Origin: Tubulanus polymorphus
Taxonomy: Eukaryota; Animalia; Nemertea
Assembly: GCF_964204645.1 (NCBI RefSeq)
Contig: NC_134026.1
Span: 10,625,950 to 10,689,949 of the forward strand
Direction of reading: 5' to 3'
Length of the DNA stretch: 64,000 nt
In this document: one piece after another, positions 43,080 to 55,573 of the stretch
How the letters are laid out: the number at the start of each line of letters is the position of its first letter
How positions within the stretch are numbered: position 1 is the stretch's first letter
Notes under the pieces: model-generated
Databases searched by the model: none
What the model saw: only the letters and a program-made list of their open reading frames with translations
What the model was told of the DNA's origin: nothing
Position numbers and translations under genes: made by a program

Positions 43080-43711
43080 TATTTCAATATAGAATTATTA
43101 TTCTTTTCATATTTGATGTGTTTAATTGTCTGATAATGCTTTGATTTATGTCATTTTAAATATTTACCCCCGCAATAACAATACACTTTTTCATTAGGAT
43201 TGAATTTTCTAAATTCATCATCTAAATTACATTGAATTCCAATATTTGATGAATTATTATTAACTGATTCACACTGAATTCCAATATTTGATGAATTTTC
43301 ATTATAGATAATTTGTTTATTATCAAAATTTAAATAATATAATTGTCTTTTTTCAATTCTTAAGCTAATCAAATCATTGTAATCTTTAGAAAGTATTAAA
43401 TCACTATCTCTTTCATTAAAAGGAGTTTGAAGAATATTTATTATGTTTTCATCTAAATTCCCTTTATAATTTAAAACTGTATTGAATACTTTAGGATTTT
43501 TGATTCAATTATCAAAAGTATCAATTAGTTCAGTAATTAAATATTTTTCATTTGATATTTGATTAATTATAGTAATATTATCGATTTTATATTGTCTTGC
43601 ATACACTAAATTTGTTGCTGAAATATAATTTTAATGTAAAAATAATGAAAATAATTTATTGGTTTCATTGATTTCGATTTTGAGTTTGGGTTCTTCTTCT
43701 TCTGTCTTCAT
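43080..43711 (-). pseudogene. Decayed ~210-codon ORF ending in a CxCGGKY...H...H zinc-finger-like motif
   Basis: ATG at 43711 (MKTEEEEPKLKIE) is in frame with track ORF 43151-43372 through in-frame stops. Read-through continues VYCYCGGKYLK*HKSKHYQTIKHIKY. The peptide NSSNIGIQC is duplicated. Confidence 0.5.
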
Positions 43712-44399
43712 TTTTATAACAAAACTTTCATTAAAACTCATTCAAATATAAATATTCAATGTTTAAAATATAATTATTTTTTTAATCACACTTTACTCAC
43801 ACTTTTTATGTTTGAAAGAGATTTTAATTCTAACAACTCGTTAATTACTCGTTACTTTTTCTCACACTTTTTATGTTTGCACTTTACTCACACTTTACTC
43901 GCACTTTTTATGTTTAAAATTAATTTTTTATTATTCGAAATCTATATTTGATCTTATTTATCTAGATTATTACGCTAACACTTTACTCACACTTTTAATA
44001 TATGGAAATATTAGAAGTAATAGGGAATGTGGGGGTTCAGGTTAAAGGTTGAAGGGGCGAGTGAGTAAAAAATAAAAAATTTTTTCGAGCGTGCAAGAAT
44101 TTCTTTTTATCTTTAATGAGCTCGACCCTTCGACCTTTGATCTGAACCCCCATATTCCCTATTACTAACATGTATTGATCGTTAATCAATGCTGGTTACC
44201 AAAAGGGGTAGCGAAGTAACCAACAATAATTGATAATAACTCAGTTCCATAGTCGAGACTTAAGTCCAAAAGTGGTCCTAAATATTAAGACTGGTCGTAA
44301 GTTGTTCGATTGGTTATAGAACTAAGTTGGTGTTAGACCGGTCTAAGCCCTGTCTATGGAACCCTGGAGGATTCATTCATCGCGGGGGATCGAGAGAGT

Positions 44400-44660
44400 G
44401 AAAACGATTGATTCTCAGATAGTTGTTTTGCAAACGGGGGTAATGACATTGACGACCCTTCAGTAAAGCTTCTGTTTCCATATGCCAGGTCACAAACCGT
44501 CTTAAATGGAAGAATTGTGGGCAGACCACCAACGCCTGCTTTTCTGGAAGATCAAAAGGCTCTAGAACCCGTACGCAAAATTTTTGCAAATGATGGCGTC
44601 CATCTCAATAATTTAGGAGAATTATATGCTTGTCAGAAGTTTGAGAGGGGCCGTTCTACC
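44400..44660 (+). pseudogene. SGNH hydrolase/esterase relic of retroelement type (Ngaro/DIRS or LINE ORF1)
   Basis: Frameshifted translation IVVLQTG/GNDID (block III GxND) ... FWKIKRL*NP ... FANDGVHLNNLG (block V DxxH) ... NYMLVRSLRGAVL. Confidence 0.7.
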
Positions 44661-45064
44661 TACGCATAAAAGGGACAAGATGTCCGATGTAGTTTGAATT
44701 CAGCTACCAGCGCCGGTGATTTGGCCAGGAATTTCCCTTATCAATTGCAAATTTCTCCCTCAACTGCCCCCCTTACAGTGTGTCCTCAATTTTTGTTGAT
44801 GGTTCCGGTATGATCCATTCGAGTTCCGGTAGGTCCTCATTTTTATGGGCACCTCTGCAGAATAATGTAGCGATTGTTAAGACACCGCTATTCGAAACGT
44901 TTCGCCAATCTAGCAGACTTGCTAAGTCAACATAACCTGCAAATTGTGATACAAATGTCTGATTCTGCACCAATGTAAGTAAAATCCATTTGCTCAAAGA
45001 TGTGAACAGTACACACGTGCTACATTCCTAATTTGCATAAATCCAAGATGGTCATCATCCCAGG

Positions 45065-48020
45065 CAGAGTTAAGCAAATGCTGCAGGTTATCGGCACTGT
45101 CAGCCAGTAAAATAGTGTCATCAGCGTACAATAGGACTAATAACTTCAACCACTTATTGCCATTGCTATCTACTACTAAATTGATACTTTGGCAACCATT
45201 TAGATACAAAAAATCTTCGAAATCATTGATATATATGGAAAAGAGCACTGGAGATAAATTTTCACCTTGACGTAGTCCACTGTTGCTGTCAAAGAACTCT
45301 GAAGTTAGTCCATTGGCCTTTACTACTGACTTGCTTGATATGAGAGTATATATTCTTTATCACTTAGAGTACATTACCGGTTACACCCGTTAAAATTAAA
45401 TTATGCCATAGTGCTCTTCTCCATATTGTATCGAAGGCCTTTGCGTAATCAATGAAGGCACAATACAGCTTCTTTTTATGGCTAAGAAAGTAATCGATAA
45501 CAGCTTTTAAAGTAAATACGTATGTTGTCATTTATACAATGTTTTTCCGGAAACCTGCTCGGTTAATTATTGTTATCTAAAAAATTGTGTCTGTTATTCA
45601 ATATAGAAGTAAAAAGCTTCCCCATACAACTTAGCTTAGGAAGGTAATTCCTTTAAAATTATTTGGATCGTCTGTGTTACCCTTATTCTTATAGATCGGC
45701 GTTATTAAACCAAGCGACCAAGGTTCAGGAATATTCCCAGACTCAAGAACCTCGTTAAAATGATTGTTAAAACAGGGAAGAGTTTCTCTTCTGCAACTCA
45801 GGCTCCATATAGAGGGGTTGTTGTTCTAGATCAACTCTTCTAATTTCGCATTTCAATGAGCAATGCACATCCGATAGCATATGATTGAATTCAGAAACTT
45901 AAAATTTATACATTTTGTTAGGATTTCAGGTGATACAAAAAAGTAATCAGTAACGTGATTGTTCTCCCCATTCACTCAAGTAAAAGTTCCTAAAACTTTT
46001 ATCGCAGCCTACCCTGCCATTTCCAATGAATAAGCCGTATGACTTGCAAAGATCTATGAGTTTATACCCCCAATTATTCACAGTTTTGTCCATATTGTAG
46101 CGCTTTAGTAAATCTTTCGATTATAATTTCGTTTGATTCATAAGAAAAACTCACTGTCTTCGAAAAGTTAGGTAAAGTTCTCGTCGTATAATAGATAGTC
46201 TGGCAATTCTTTCGTGTGGGAATTAAAATCACCGCACATACAGATATAGCATTCGTGGTCCAATATTAGCCGATTGATCTCAGAATGTAAATCATCGAAC
46301 AACTCGGGACTACTAAAACTACTCGATTCAGGGGGGATATAAGCGCCACCTAATAGCACGTCTTTGTCCAAGCCGAACAGGCTCTTTGATATTTTAATCC
46401 ATTGAACTATATCACTTGTTTTATCTATTGGTAAAATGAATTGGGCCCACTCATTTTTGAAAGCGGTAAGAATCCCCCCAGATTTTCTAGCTCTCATATT
46501 TGAACGGTTATTAATAATTACAACTTGGTAACCTAAAGTTTTAAAAAAGTTATTGATCCATAATTCATCCATACAATTTACTTTAGTTTCAGTTAATACA
46601 ATTACGTTAATCTTAGATAGTAAACCACATATATTCAGGCATGCAATTATAAAGCTATTTACACAATTATCTGGCTCAGCGTCATCCTATACGTCCATCA
46701 GATCTTCATTGAGAACCGAATTCGCATCCTTGATCGCATCGCTTACTTTTTTGTGAGTTGCTTCTGTGAATATTTCATATCGCTTTATTATAGTTTCGTC
46801 GTTTGGTTGCTCGATTCGGTTTGCATGGTTCGGTTTCAACGGGTTTTCTAATGTTGATAATGCGGGCTGATTATCGAGGGAGAGTAGTTCATCCACGGAT
46901 TTGGTTCTTCCGGCCGGGACTGACTCCCGTATCACTAAGCGCAGTTTCGGTATTTGATTTCTCAGCGGCAGTTACAGTAACGCTCTTCGGTAGTTGCCGG
47001 TCCGACTGGGTTGCTGTTACGTCCGGTTGTTTATTCATTCGAGTTGATGCAACCCATTTTGAATTTGATTTCGTGCGAGGTCGGTTGGTCTCATGACGAC
47101 CGGCGCCAGAGATTTTCACAATTTGGTTTTGAACGATTTTATATGAGTCCGAGTTATATATCGGTTTGTCGTAGGCTACAAAAGTTTTCGCATTCGGTTC
47201 CCGTTCTTTAATATCATTCAGTTTTTTGAATAATATGCGCCTTTTTTTCGCGAATTTCTTTCGGGTAGTCTTCAACGATTCTGATATTTCTGTCTTTTCC
47301 TCATTTCCTCGCTTGGTAAACCGCTTCTCTATCTCCATAATCTCTGAATCGGACTGTAATAGATCTAGGCAACACGGTAAATTCATTCTTGGAATTCTTG
47401 GATTTCGATGCGCCCTCTGGAAGACCATACATTTAACGATGTCATTCTCCATTTCGTAGTTTTTAACTAGCAGTTCGTGGATTTCGTTGTCACAGCTAGC
47501 TAGTGCTAGTTTCTGGAACCCCGAGAAATACTAAATTCAAACGCCGCGAGCGCGATTCCTGATCGACTAATCGTTCCTCCAAGGATACCACTTTTTCCTC
47601 AAATGCTACTATTCTCCCTAAGTCGGGATATGTTACTTTCTCAAGGCATTTTATTCTATCCTCGAACGCGCTGATTTTAAGTGTTAATTCTGTTTCAATT
47701 TTTTCTTTCACGGCATCGATTTTATTATCAATTAGAGTTTCAATGCCATTCTTTAATGCGGATACTTCGTTCTCTAGAATCTTGAATTTATTTTCTACCT
47801 TGTTTCAACTCTATACATTAGTAATGAAAGCTTGTGAGTCTAATAAATAGTTAACCTATGTAGTGCTCTAATATTCTCGTAAGTTATTTATAGTAAATTC
47901 TAGGATATTATCAAAATTAAAACGGCCTGTGCATTAATTCTAGGCAATATAGAAATTACATGATATTTGAAAACTTTGTCAATCAGCTTCATGAGTGTCT
48001 GTCCACACACACGCACGCAC
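45065..48020 (-). mobile_element. Decayed non-LTR retrotransposon (LINE) with ORF1 and ORF2, 3'-truncated
   Basis: ORF1 remnants (coiled coil; ESRSRRLNLVFLGVPE; FQRAHR) at about 46900-47800. APE endonuclease (RKSGGI, CGDFNSHT) at 46168-46620. RT motifs ITPIYKNKG, LYCAFIDYAKAFD, GLRQGENLSPVLFSIYIND and LLYADD at 45065-45730. The 5' boundary is approximate. Confidence 0.9.
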
Positions 48021-48626
48021 AAACTGGGAACGCACCTCATGATTGGGCTACCTGTGGGGTAATTGATTACATCGGCTGAACGAGTCTTGTGCCCATTCTA
48101 ATGCCGTGAACTATCCACTGGTTAATTGAAAGTACATTCTATAATGTCGAACTCCGAGTTAATCCTTTATATCGAATATAATAGCCTTGCATTGCCTAAC
48201 AGACTTGCATATAACCATAACTGACAATTGACCATGCTGGGCAGGGTCAAGCGACATAGTGGTGATTCTATATTCAGTTGTATATCATGTCTATATTGAC
48301 AAATGCAGTATAGGTGGAATTGTCTATATCGTGTAAATATAGCCGTCTAATATATGAAACGAGGGCCAAGCTTTTACGAGGATAAAATTTGATCTCGGAT
48401 TGTTTAACGACCTTGCATTTAATGATGTCGACAAATTCGTGGCAAATGCGTAAGTAACAATGCAGATTTTTTTTCTTTTAATTTGAAGGATGTGAAGCCA
48501 ATTAATATATCAGCATAGGCCCTGATGATAAATGATACACAAAAGTCGTCGGGTGACGTCCAGGATCCTTGGGAACAAACGAATGTCATTTCAAAAAATT
48601 GGTTGAATATATATTGTATTTTACAG

Positions 48627-49660
48627 AATTGAAGATAAGCACGGCATGGGGCAATCAACGGTGCGTTTACTTTCCACAAATAAAGCTCAAGGTCGCATGT
48701 GTTCTCTTGCTGTGCGGGATGGTGACTGCCTACATGGTTATTTCAGTGATATACTATGGATTCCTAGAGCCAAATGAGTTCCGAGCTCTTTTGTTAGGTT
48801 CAATTAATCCTGCCTATTCACGAAAACGACCAAATGGAATAACAGTGAAGTTTGACGGGCGTACTGGGAACCATATGTTTCAATATGCATCATTGCTCGG
48901 GATAGGGCGTAATTACAGTTTAATACCTTTTATTTCGGGTGATCATCCTCTCCGTAGAATTTTCAACATTAAGTGTAACATTGGGAAGGATAGCATGATA
49001 GGAATGCACCTAAATCACTTTGAAAAACACGCATCGGTTTACGATGAACGGGCGGAACATTTTGAACGCGGTTACTCGTACCAATTAACGGGATATTATC
49101 AGTCGTGGAAATACTTTTCACACATTGAAAGTGATATACGAAAACAGTTTACGTTTCGAATGGATATACAAAATAAAGCGCACAGTTATCTGCGTTCTGT
49201 AAAACGGATCTACAATGCGAAACATAAGAGACCTATGAATTCTAGTGTAACTTTTATTGGTGTCCACGTCAGAAGAGGCGATATCGTGAATAATATATTC
49301 TATCGTTACAAGGGTTACGTGGCCGCGGAAGCTCCGTATTTGTTATCTGCAATGAATAGAATGACGACGAAATTTGAAAACGCTCTGTTCATTGTATGCA
49401 GCGATGATACCGATTGGTGTGAACAGAATCTCAACGTTAGAGACGTTTTCTTTTCGCCAACCAAAAATCCTTCCGTAGACTTGGCTATTTTGTCAAGTTG
49501 TAATCATAGTATAATAACGACCGGAAGTTTTGGCTGGTGGAGTGCTTGGCTTGCTCGTGGAGAAACGATCTATTATAAAAATTGGCCACGACCAAATACT
49601 GAACTGTTTGACGAGGTTAATCACACAGATTATTTCCCAGCAACTTGGATTCCCATGTAG
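48627..49660 (+). CDS. Glycosyltransferase family 11, galactoside alpha-1,2-fucosyltransferase (FUT1/FUT2-like); single large coding exon, start uncertain
   Basis: Intact ORF with an N-terminal type II TM segment (LKVACVLLLCGMVTAYMVISVIYYGFL) and GT11 motifs GRTGNHMFQYASL, GYYQSWKYF, GVHVRRGD, VCSDD and GSFGWWSAWL. Acceptor-like TTTTACAG ends at 48626, TAG stop at 49658-49660, AATAAA at 49728. Confidence 0.93.
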
Positions 49661-50574
49661 GATTTCTAAGGTAGATGTATTTTGCAATGAATATTTCACC
49701 AGTATTAAGAAGAATTAATTGAAAGGCAATAAAACATATCAAAATGAGATTCTCTTCGCACCTTGTGCATCTCAAACAGATCTTGCATAATACTGCAGAA
49801 AAGGTCCATTTTCATGTAGCTGCTCGATTGTGCATGTTATGATGCAGATTTTACAAACTCTCAAATATTTCAGAAATAAGGTATTTTCTATATAAGAGTT
49901 TTGAATTAAAGAATATACACACATGTATATGAAGGTTATAACTCTAGATGTCCGTGATGTCTGAATTTTAGGTTTATTCTTTATCCGAATATTATGTTGT
50001 CTTCGCTTTTGTGTCTAATTTTGTCCAAGTCTCGCTTCATTGAAAATTTTTGTAGAAACAATTTTAAGCCCATTCCTAGGATTGAAGTATATATGGCATA
50101 ACAATTCATGCGGATGGTTCCTCGTGGTTGGAGGCCAAAGCATCCTAGTGTTGAAAAATAACAAAACTTGCGCCCGTCAGTATCCGCCGTAAAAAAACGA
50201 TGTGCGTAACCTGACTTCTTTGAGAAAGAAAAAAATTGACCTTTTTTCTGTGAAATTACCGATGAATTCAATTTTCTGTAAACTATCCATTACTTGTATT
50301 TTTGATCGCGTCTTATTATTGGAGGCTATGCGTGGAGTACATTTCGAAGCGTAAAATATCCAGAAGAAGAGTGTTGCCCGGGTATGGGTTTAATAAGTGT
50401 GTATTTCTTTGTGGCTCTTTGAGTTTTAGCAAACTGACTGTTGCACTTAATCTGTGCATTTTTGGTGGATGGGCTACCCTCAGTTTTTGGTGGATGGGCT
50501 ACCCTCAGAGAGGGTTTCTCCGGCTGTTTCGTACTGCATGCCCATTCCTGTAGCAGCAGTGATCTGTAAGCTTA

Positions 50575-50800
50575 CTATGTTGATGCTGTAAGCTTACTAT
50601 GTTGATGGACATGAAAGTACTTGATATGAGAATAGGTATCACCATTGATTAGATCGAAATCAATGATACTCGATCTTCCATCCCACTGGTAACAGGCGAT
50701 TTCTCTGAAATGGTCACCAGGGCAACGGCCATTTAGTATATATGTAATGCATAAATTATTGGAGATACACATTTCAAGTATGTTTATGCCCATTAATCGT
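50575..50800 (-). pseudogene. LINE APE endonuclease C-terminal fragment
   Basis: GINILEMCISNNL..ILNGRCPGD...CYQWDGRSSIIDF resembles the LNGR...S.IDY region of LINE endonucleases. Confidence 0.65.
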
Positions 50801-51191
50801 TTTATCTTTGCTCCTCTCTAACGGGTATATCACAGTCTGGTGTATCCATGGACGAATAATCTAGTTTATACGTCCATGGTGTATCTAAGTAATTCGCTTT
50901 ATTAATACTCGTATGTTTTCTTTGTCAATTAAGTTAAATTCATTCACGGGTCTAGCATAAGAATCCCATATAAAATGATAAGATATTTCCAATTTTGAAC
51001 CGAATGTAGAATCAATTGGACTCATTTTACAATAGTAGCAATAGTTAAATAAAGGTTTTTGTCGGATATCATGACTTGTGATAGGCGGGGTATATTTTAA
51101 CAAAATTATCTCAGTAGTAGGTCTTTCAATTACTTTCACCTTATTCTCCATATTTTCCTACGTAAAGTTACTGTACTATATTCCAACGTAG

Positions 51192-52493
51192 TTTTTTTGA
51201 CGCCTAATAAAACGTTACCATTATGAAACCTAAACAATGTTAACCATTCAGCGTCATTTTACAAACGACAACCGTAAATCGATGTGCAAAACGTCACAGA
51301 TTTATGTGTACACATACAAGCTATTTGGCAAAATATTATTGATAAAGATGTAGAATCGCTCCCTGTGATTATATAATGACCTCTATTTGAACGTCGAAAT
51401 GTTATATTGCATTGAATATCATGATAAGAGGTATTGTAATAGTAAAGGATGTATGATTATATCAGGAGCGGCAGGCATAAATAGAAATGATAAGTAAATC
51501 GGATTATTCGGTTAAATGGCGGATGTATACACGATTTGGAAGTCTGATATAAAAGTCAGACCCTGACATGGGGATGCTAGTGGAATGACGAAGCTATCTA
51601 CGATCTGAGTAGGGCCGGCGTGAATTTCATCGGCGGCTACAAGCGGTCTATATAAAAACGTGTAAACAAATAATTTCAATATTCAAATGTTTTAGAAAAT
51701 ATGTTCGATATTAGGGGTATGCAGGTTTCATGAGATTAGCAATCTATAATAACATAGCTGTTCAAGTTCAAGTTCAAGTTCAAATTTATTTCACAGAAAG
51801 CATGACAGGCTATGTACACAGGTTGAGAGAAAACAAACAATAAAATTTACAATTTTTTTAAACAAAGCACAATTATAAAAAGAGAGAGAGAACAGTAGCT
51901 TTCAGTGTGGGCCAAGCAAAGCCTTTAGGCCGCTGTTCCAAGCACCCAGGGAAAAAAACGAAAGGGAAATGAAGGCTCCGCGTCCACTGATGGCATAATA
52001 CTTTATTGATCCTTATTACATTGAAATTCCGGGATGAAATTCCCTAATTCAATAAAGTTACAAATTTTAGAATAAGAAAATACAAAATACAAGACACATG
52101 GGTTATTCATACAGAATAACATGAATAAGTTATTTAAATGACGATGTCTACTTCAACCCAGACTCAAGTCTAGGATATCGAGTGACAGCCAAACCGGGCC
52201 CTTGAAGCAGGGATGAAGCAGACATCAGAAGAGCTCTTTCTTCAACCATGGAGGCAATGAAGTTGCAGACCAGCTTAGAGCAAAAGTGAATCGAAGTCGG
52301 TCACAAGTTGACATTTTTTTTTTTTACTTAGACCAGTCGAAGACTGTATCATCTACCCAATCGTCAAATCTCATAATTCCCCAAATTTCTTAAAACTTCG
52401 ATTTCAAATTTGCAATTCCACATTAGCTTATCCCAGAAATTCTACATTTTTTCGCAGGCGTCAAATAATTTATTAAAGTTAATTTTCTTGTTT
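51192..52493 (-). mobile_element. Non-autonomous interspersed repeat (possibly Helentron-like); inverted copy of 59850-61036
   Basis: Long reverse-complement identity with 59850-61036 and subterminal TTGACGCCT/AGGCGTCAA. Carries an extra insert at about 51760-51990 beginning (GTTCAA)n, a LINE-like 3' tail. Confidence 0.8.
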
Positions 52494-54289
52494 GTATTTA
52501 TACTAACGTACGTTTGCTAGTAAGATGAATGCTAATTTTGATTATGATGCTGAATTTTGATCTCAATTGTGGATAAAATTCGCTTTTAATCTTTTTTAAT
52601 CATTATTTATAGTCATTCTACTAAAAAATGTCGATATCAAAAAATCCGTTGCGCACCAAAAGGGCTTTTTGCGTTTTGGCGCGCGGCTATATCATTCAAC
52701 CACGGTAAAACTATATTTTTCAATTTGGAGCGTTGGCCTTTCTTTTAGTTTAATTTGTGTTTGCTTTAAGGCGTCAACAAAGAATACTTTTTGTTTTGGT
52801 CGAATATTTGTTTTTTTTCACCCCACCAAAACGCCAAAATATCCACGGATTGTTTTCAAAATTCGACGTATTTCGTTGTTTTGGTGGTGTCGCGAAAAAA
52901 ATCCATTTTTGGCGTTCTTGCGCCCATATTTGTAGCGATGTCCGAGCTTAAAGATCCCGGCAATCAATCCAGAGACGAATAAATCAACATCCGACCGATA
53001 TCAGCTATCGACAATTCCAGACTCGTTCATTTTCTCATTCTACACGTGACATGACACCATAACTCAGCGGTAATGATATTACATCCCCTTTATTGAAAAC
53101 GATGGAAATGATTATGATGAGATACCATACAACATGATTGCAAATTTTGAATACATGTACACTCACAATTATTCTTCTGTATACCGAGTAGGTTTCGTAA
53201 TGGCTTTTTTATTTTGTGTCGTTCTCCAATAATTTAGTCATTTCCATGAATGAAATTGAAAACTTGACATCGCCCCTCAAACTTGAGATATGTTGTTTCT
53301 TTGGTAGATAGATGTCTCTGGTATGCCATTTTGGATTTCAGCAGCGATGTTTTTTACGAGTGTGAATTTGTCTTCTAAAAAATCAGCATTTGTCAGGTTG
53401 TACGTCAACTCCGTAACGGCAATTTAAGATTGCATAGCGTTTTATTAGAATCTCTTATAATCAAAAATAAAGTATTTCTATCTCATATCAATCATGCTTA
53501 ATCCATTCCAATTTCAAACATATTATATCATTGAGTTGACTTAGATTAACAGCTGTTACGGCCCCCTACCTAAGGGCTAAAGTAACAAAATGACAACTAT
53601 TATTTATCGAAGTTATCTAGTTTCACTAGTATGTGGAATCAGTAATCGCGTGTACATTAACGTAATATTTTTTCAACATTTTAGGATCATAGCACTTTGT
53701 TTCAAAGAGAAAATGTATTTTGATTATTCGTTACGGAGATGTATCATCTGTTACGGAGCTGAATTTGTAACGGAGTTGAGCTGTTAACTTCCATCAAAGA
53801 TTAAACTTTCTTTCAGTAAAAAAGAAAACTTTATTCAATCCATACGGTCACAAAAAATTATTTTAACAATCATTTTAAACATTTTCATTGATGTAACATT
53901 AATACATCAATTTACACATTAAAAAACAGGTTTTTAGAATTTTAGAATTTTTAAACATTTTTAAAAACACTTTTTTTTAACATTGACAATTTTTCAGATT
54001 TCCTTCAAAGAAACAAAAAACAAACAACATCACATTTTTCTGAATATCTGAACATTAATCGAACGCCCACTGTAACCCACAAACTTCCGTTTTATGCGTA
54101 GTGGTTGAACGAACCAGAAGACCAGGGCCACAAGTTATAATGCTACCGTTTAGTATACCCATTCATTCATCTTTTTGGTTACCTCTTCCCAGATTTTCGG
54201 TTCTACATGAAAGTGACGACTGGTAACTGACGAAGGAGGTGGTATTAGAGAATATATGTCTGTATATTCATACCCAACGTCGTTATCGC

Positions 54290-54660
54290 ATCTCTACGAT
54301 TCCACCCGAAGTTTTTCCATTAAGAGTTTGTAAGTTATCAGACAGAGGAAACCGAGGAGACAGGTTTGATTGAACGACCGCTGGTTTCCATTGGGTATCT
54401 AAACTTAACCTTACAACATCACTAGAATTCAATTCAGACAATTTCCTATCATGAAAATATTTCTGCTTCGATAAGCGTTGTAATTTAGACTTGGCAATTT
54501 TTGGCTGACTGGATAACGTAGAAACGATCTAGAAGCTGTCTACCAAACAATAACTCGGCCGCTGATACCTGGGCGCCATCTAACGGAGTGTTTCGGGATT
54601 CCAGAAAATATTATGTGGATCACTGTCGCTTCTTCTAGCGTCCTTTTTTAGAATTCCCTG
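54290..54660 (-). pseudogene. Ty3/gypsy integrase C-terminal relic
   Basis: Minus-strand translation LESRNTPLDGAQVSAAELLFGRQL (matches the YRNTP...SPAELLFGR motif), then VRLSLDTQWKPAVV..SPR and NGKT..NRR. Confidence 0.7.
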
Positions 54661-55461
54661 TGGTTTTTTCACGAGACGGGAGGAACTTTTCGATAACTTT
54701 TTGGAATTTTACTAAAAAATGGTGCCATTTCAAGCGCATTGAGAGTAAGAAATCTATTCAGGATATATGTTTTCTATCTAATGATGGTATTCTAATTTTA
54801 ATGCCCTTTTTTCATTTTTCCGCGCATATGTGCTCTTTTCACAAAAAATAGTGCCATTTTTTCATATTCTGCCTTTTTAAAACTTTAATTTGCGCCTTTT
54901 TCATTTCGAGTTGAAATTATTTCTATTTGTCGGTTTACCGCTAACGCGTCTTCAAGGTGATTTTTCTCAGAAACAACGTCGGCACTAATTACCCGACAAT
55001 GACGGGGCGGTCTGTGATTCCGGGTTACCTTCTTTCGGAATCGATGCGTTTGTCGTGACTTCTTCTTGCGACTGACCTATAACAATTCACCGAAAAAAAT
55101 GTTTCTATCTGTCCGAAATGTCACGGCAAATTCACAGAGAGTATGGTGTCTCAAACAGTAACTCAGCGTCAGTGGTTTACTATAACGCGTAGTTACTGAT
55201 CGCGCAGGCAAAAGAATCGTTCGTAATCTTCACTCTTACACGAGAGCTTCACAGTAATTTTTGAATTTTTTTCACGATATGGTTCCGTGGCCTTAGCACC
55301 CCCTTCTGCGAGAACAGTTCCCACTAATTTCGTCGGTCCTAAAAGCATCATGTAACAATTAATCGCTGCCTTCGTTTTCTTTCCAAGTTCTGCCGCGTCA
55401 AAAGGATTTACTAGTGCTGTTCCCTAGCTGAGTTAGAACACCCCGGACAAAAATCGCCCAG

Positions 55462-55573
55462 GGCCCAGTTTCAAGAAAAGTTTAAGCCCTAAATAGTTAA
55501 GTTTGATTTGTTGTACTCATTGAAAACATGATGTAACCGATGGCAAAAATTTAAGTTTTTATGAAACCGAGCC
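55462..55573. mobile_element. Small MITE-like element, Harbinger-like TIRs
   Basis: GGCCCAGTTTCAAGAAAA ... TTTTATGAAACCGAGCC imperfect terminal inverted repeats; TSD unclear. Confidence 0.4.

Larger units (their letters stand above)
42231..44166 (-). other. AT-rich island with decayed small ORFs and terminal fold-backs; possible virus/Polinton-like relic
   Basis: Abrupt composition shift, co-oriented intronless minus-strand ORFs, hairpins at 42303-42357 and 44016-44166, and short direct repeats at 43787-43997. Confidence 0.4.

Noticed and set aside
53395-53790. Possible MITE with CTCCGTAAC/GTTACGGAG motifs
   Set aside because: Likely a repeat, but termini and TSD could not be defined.
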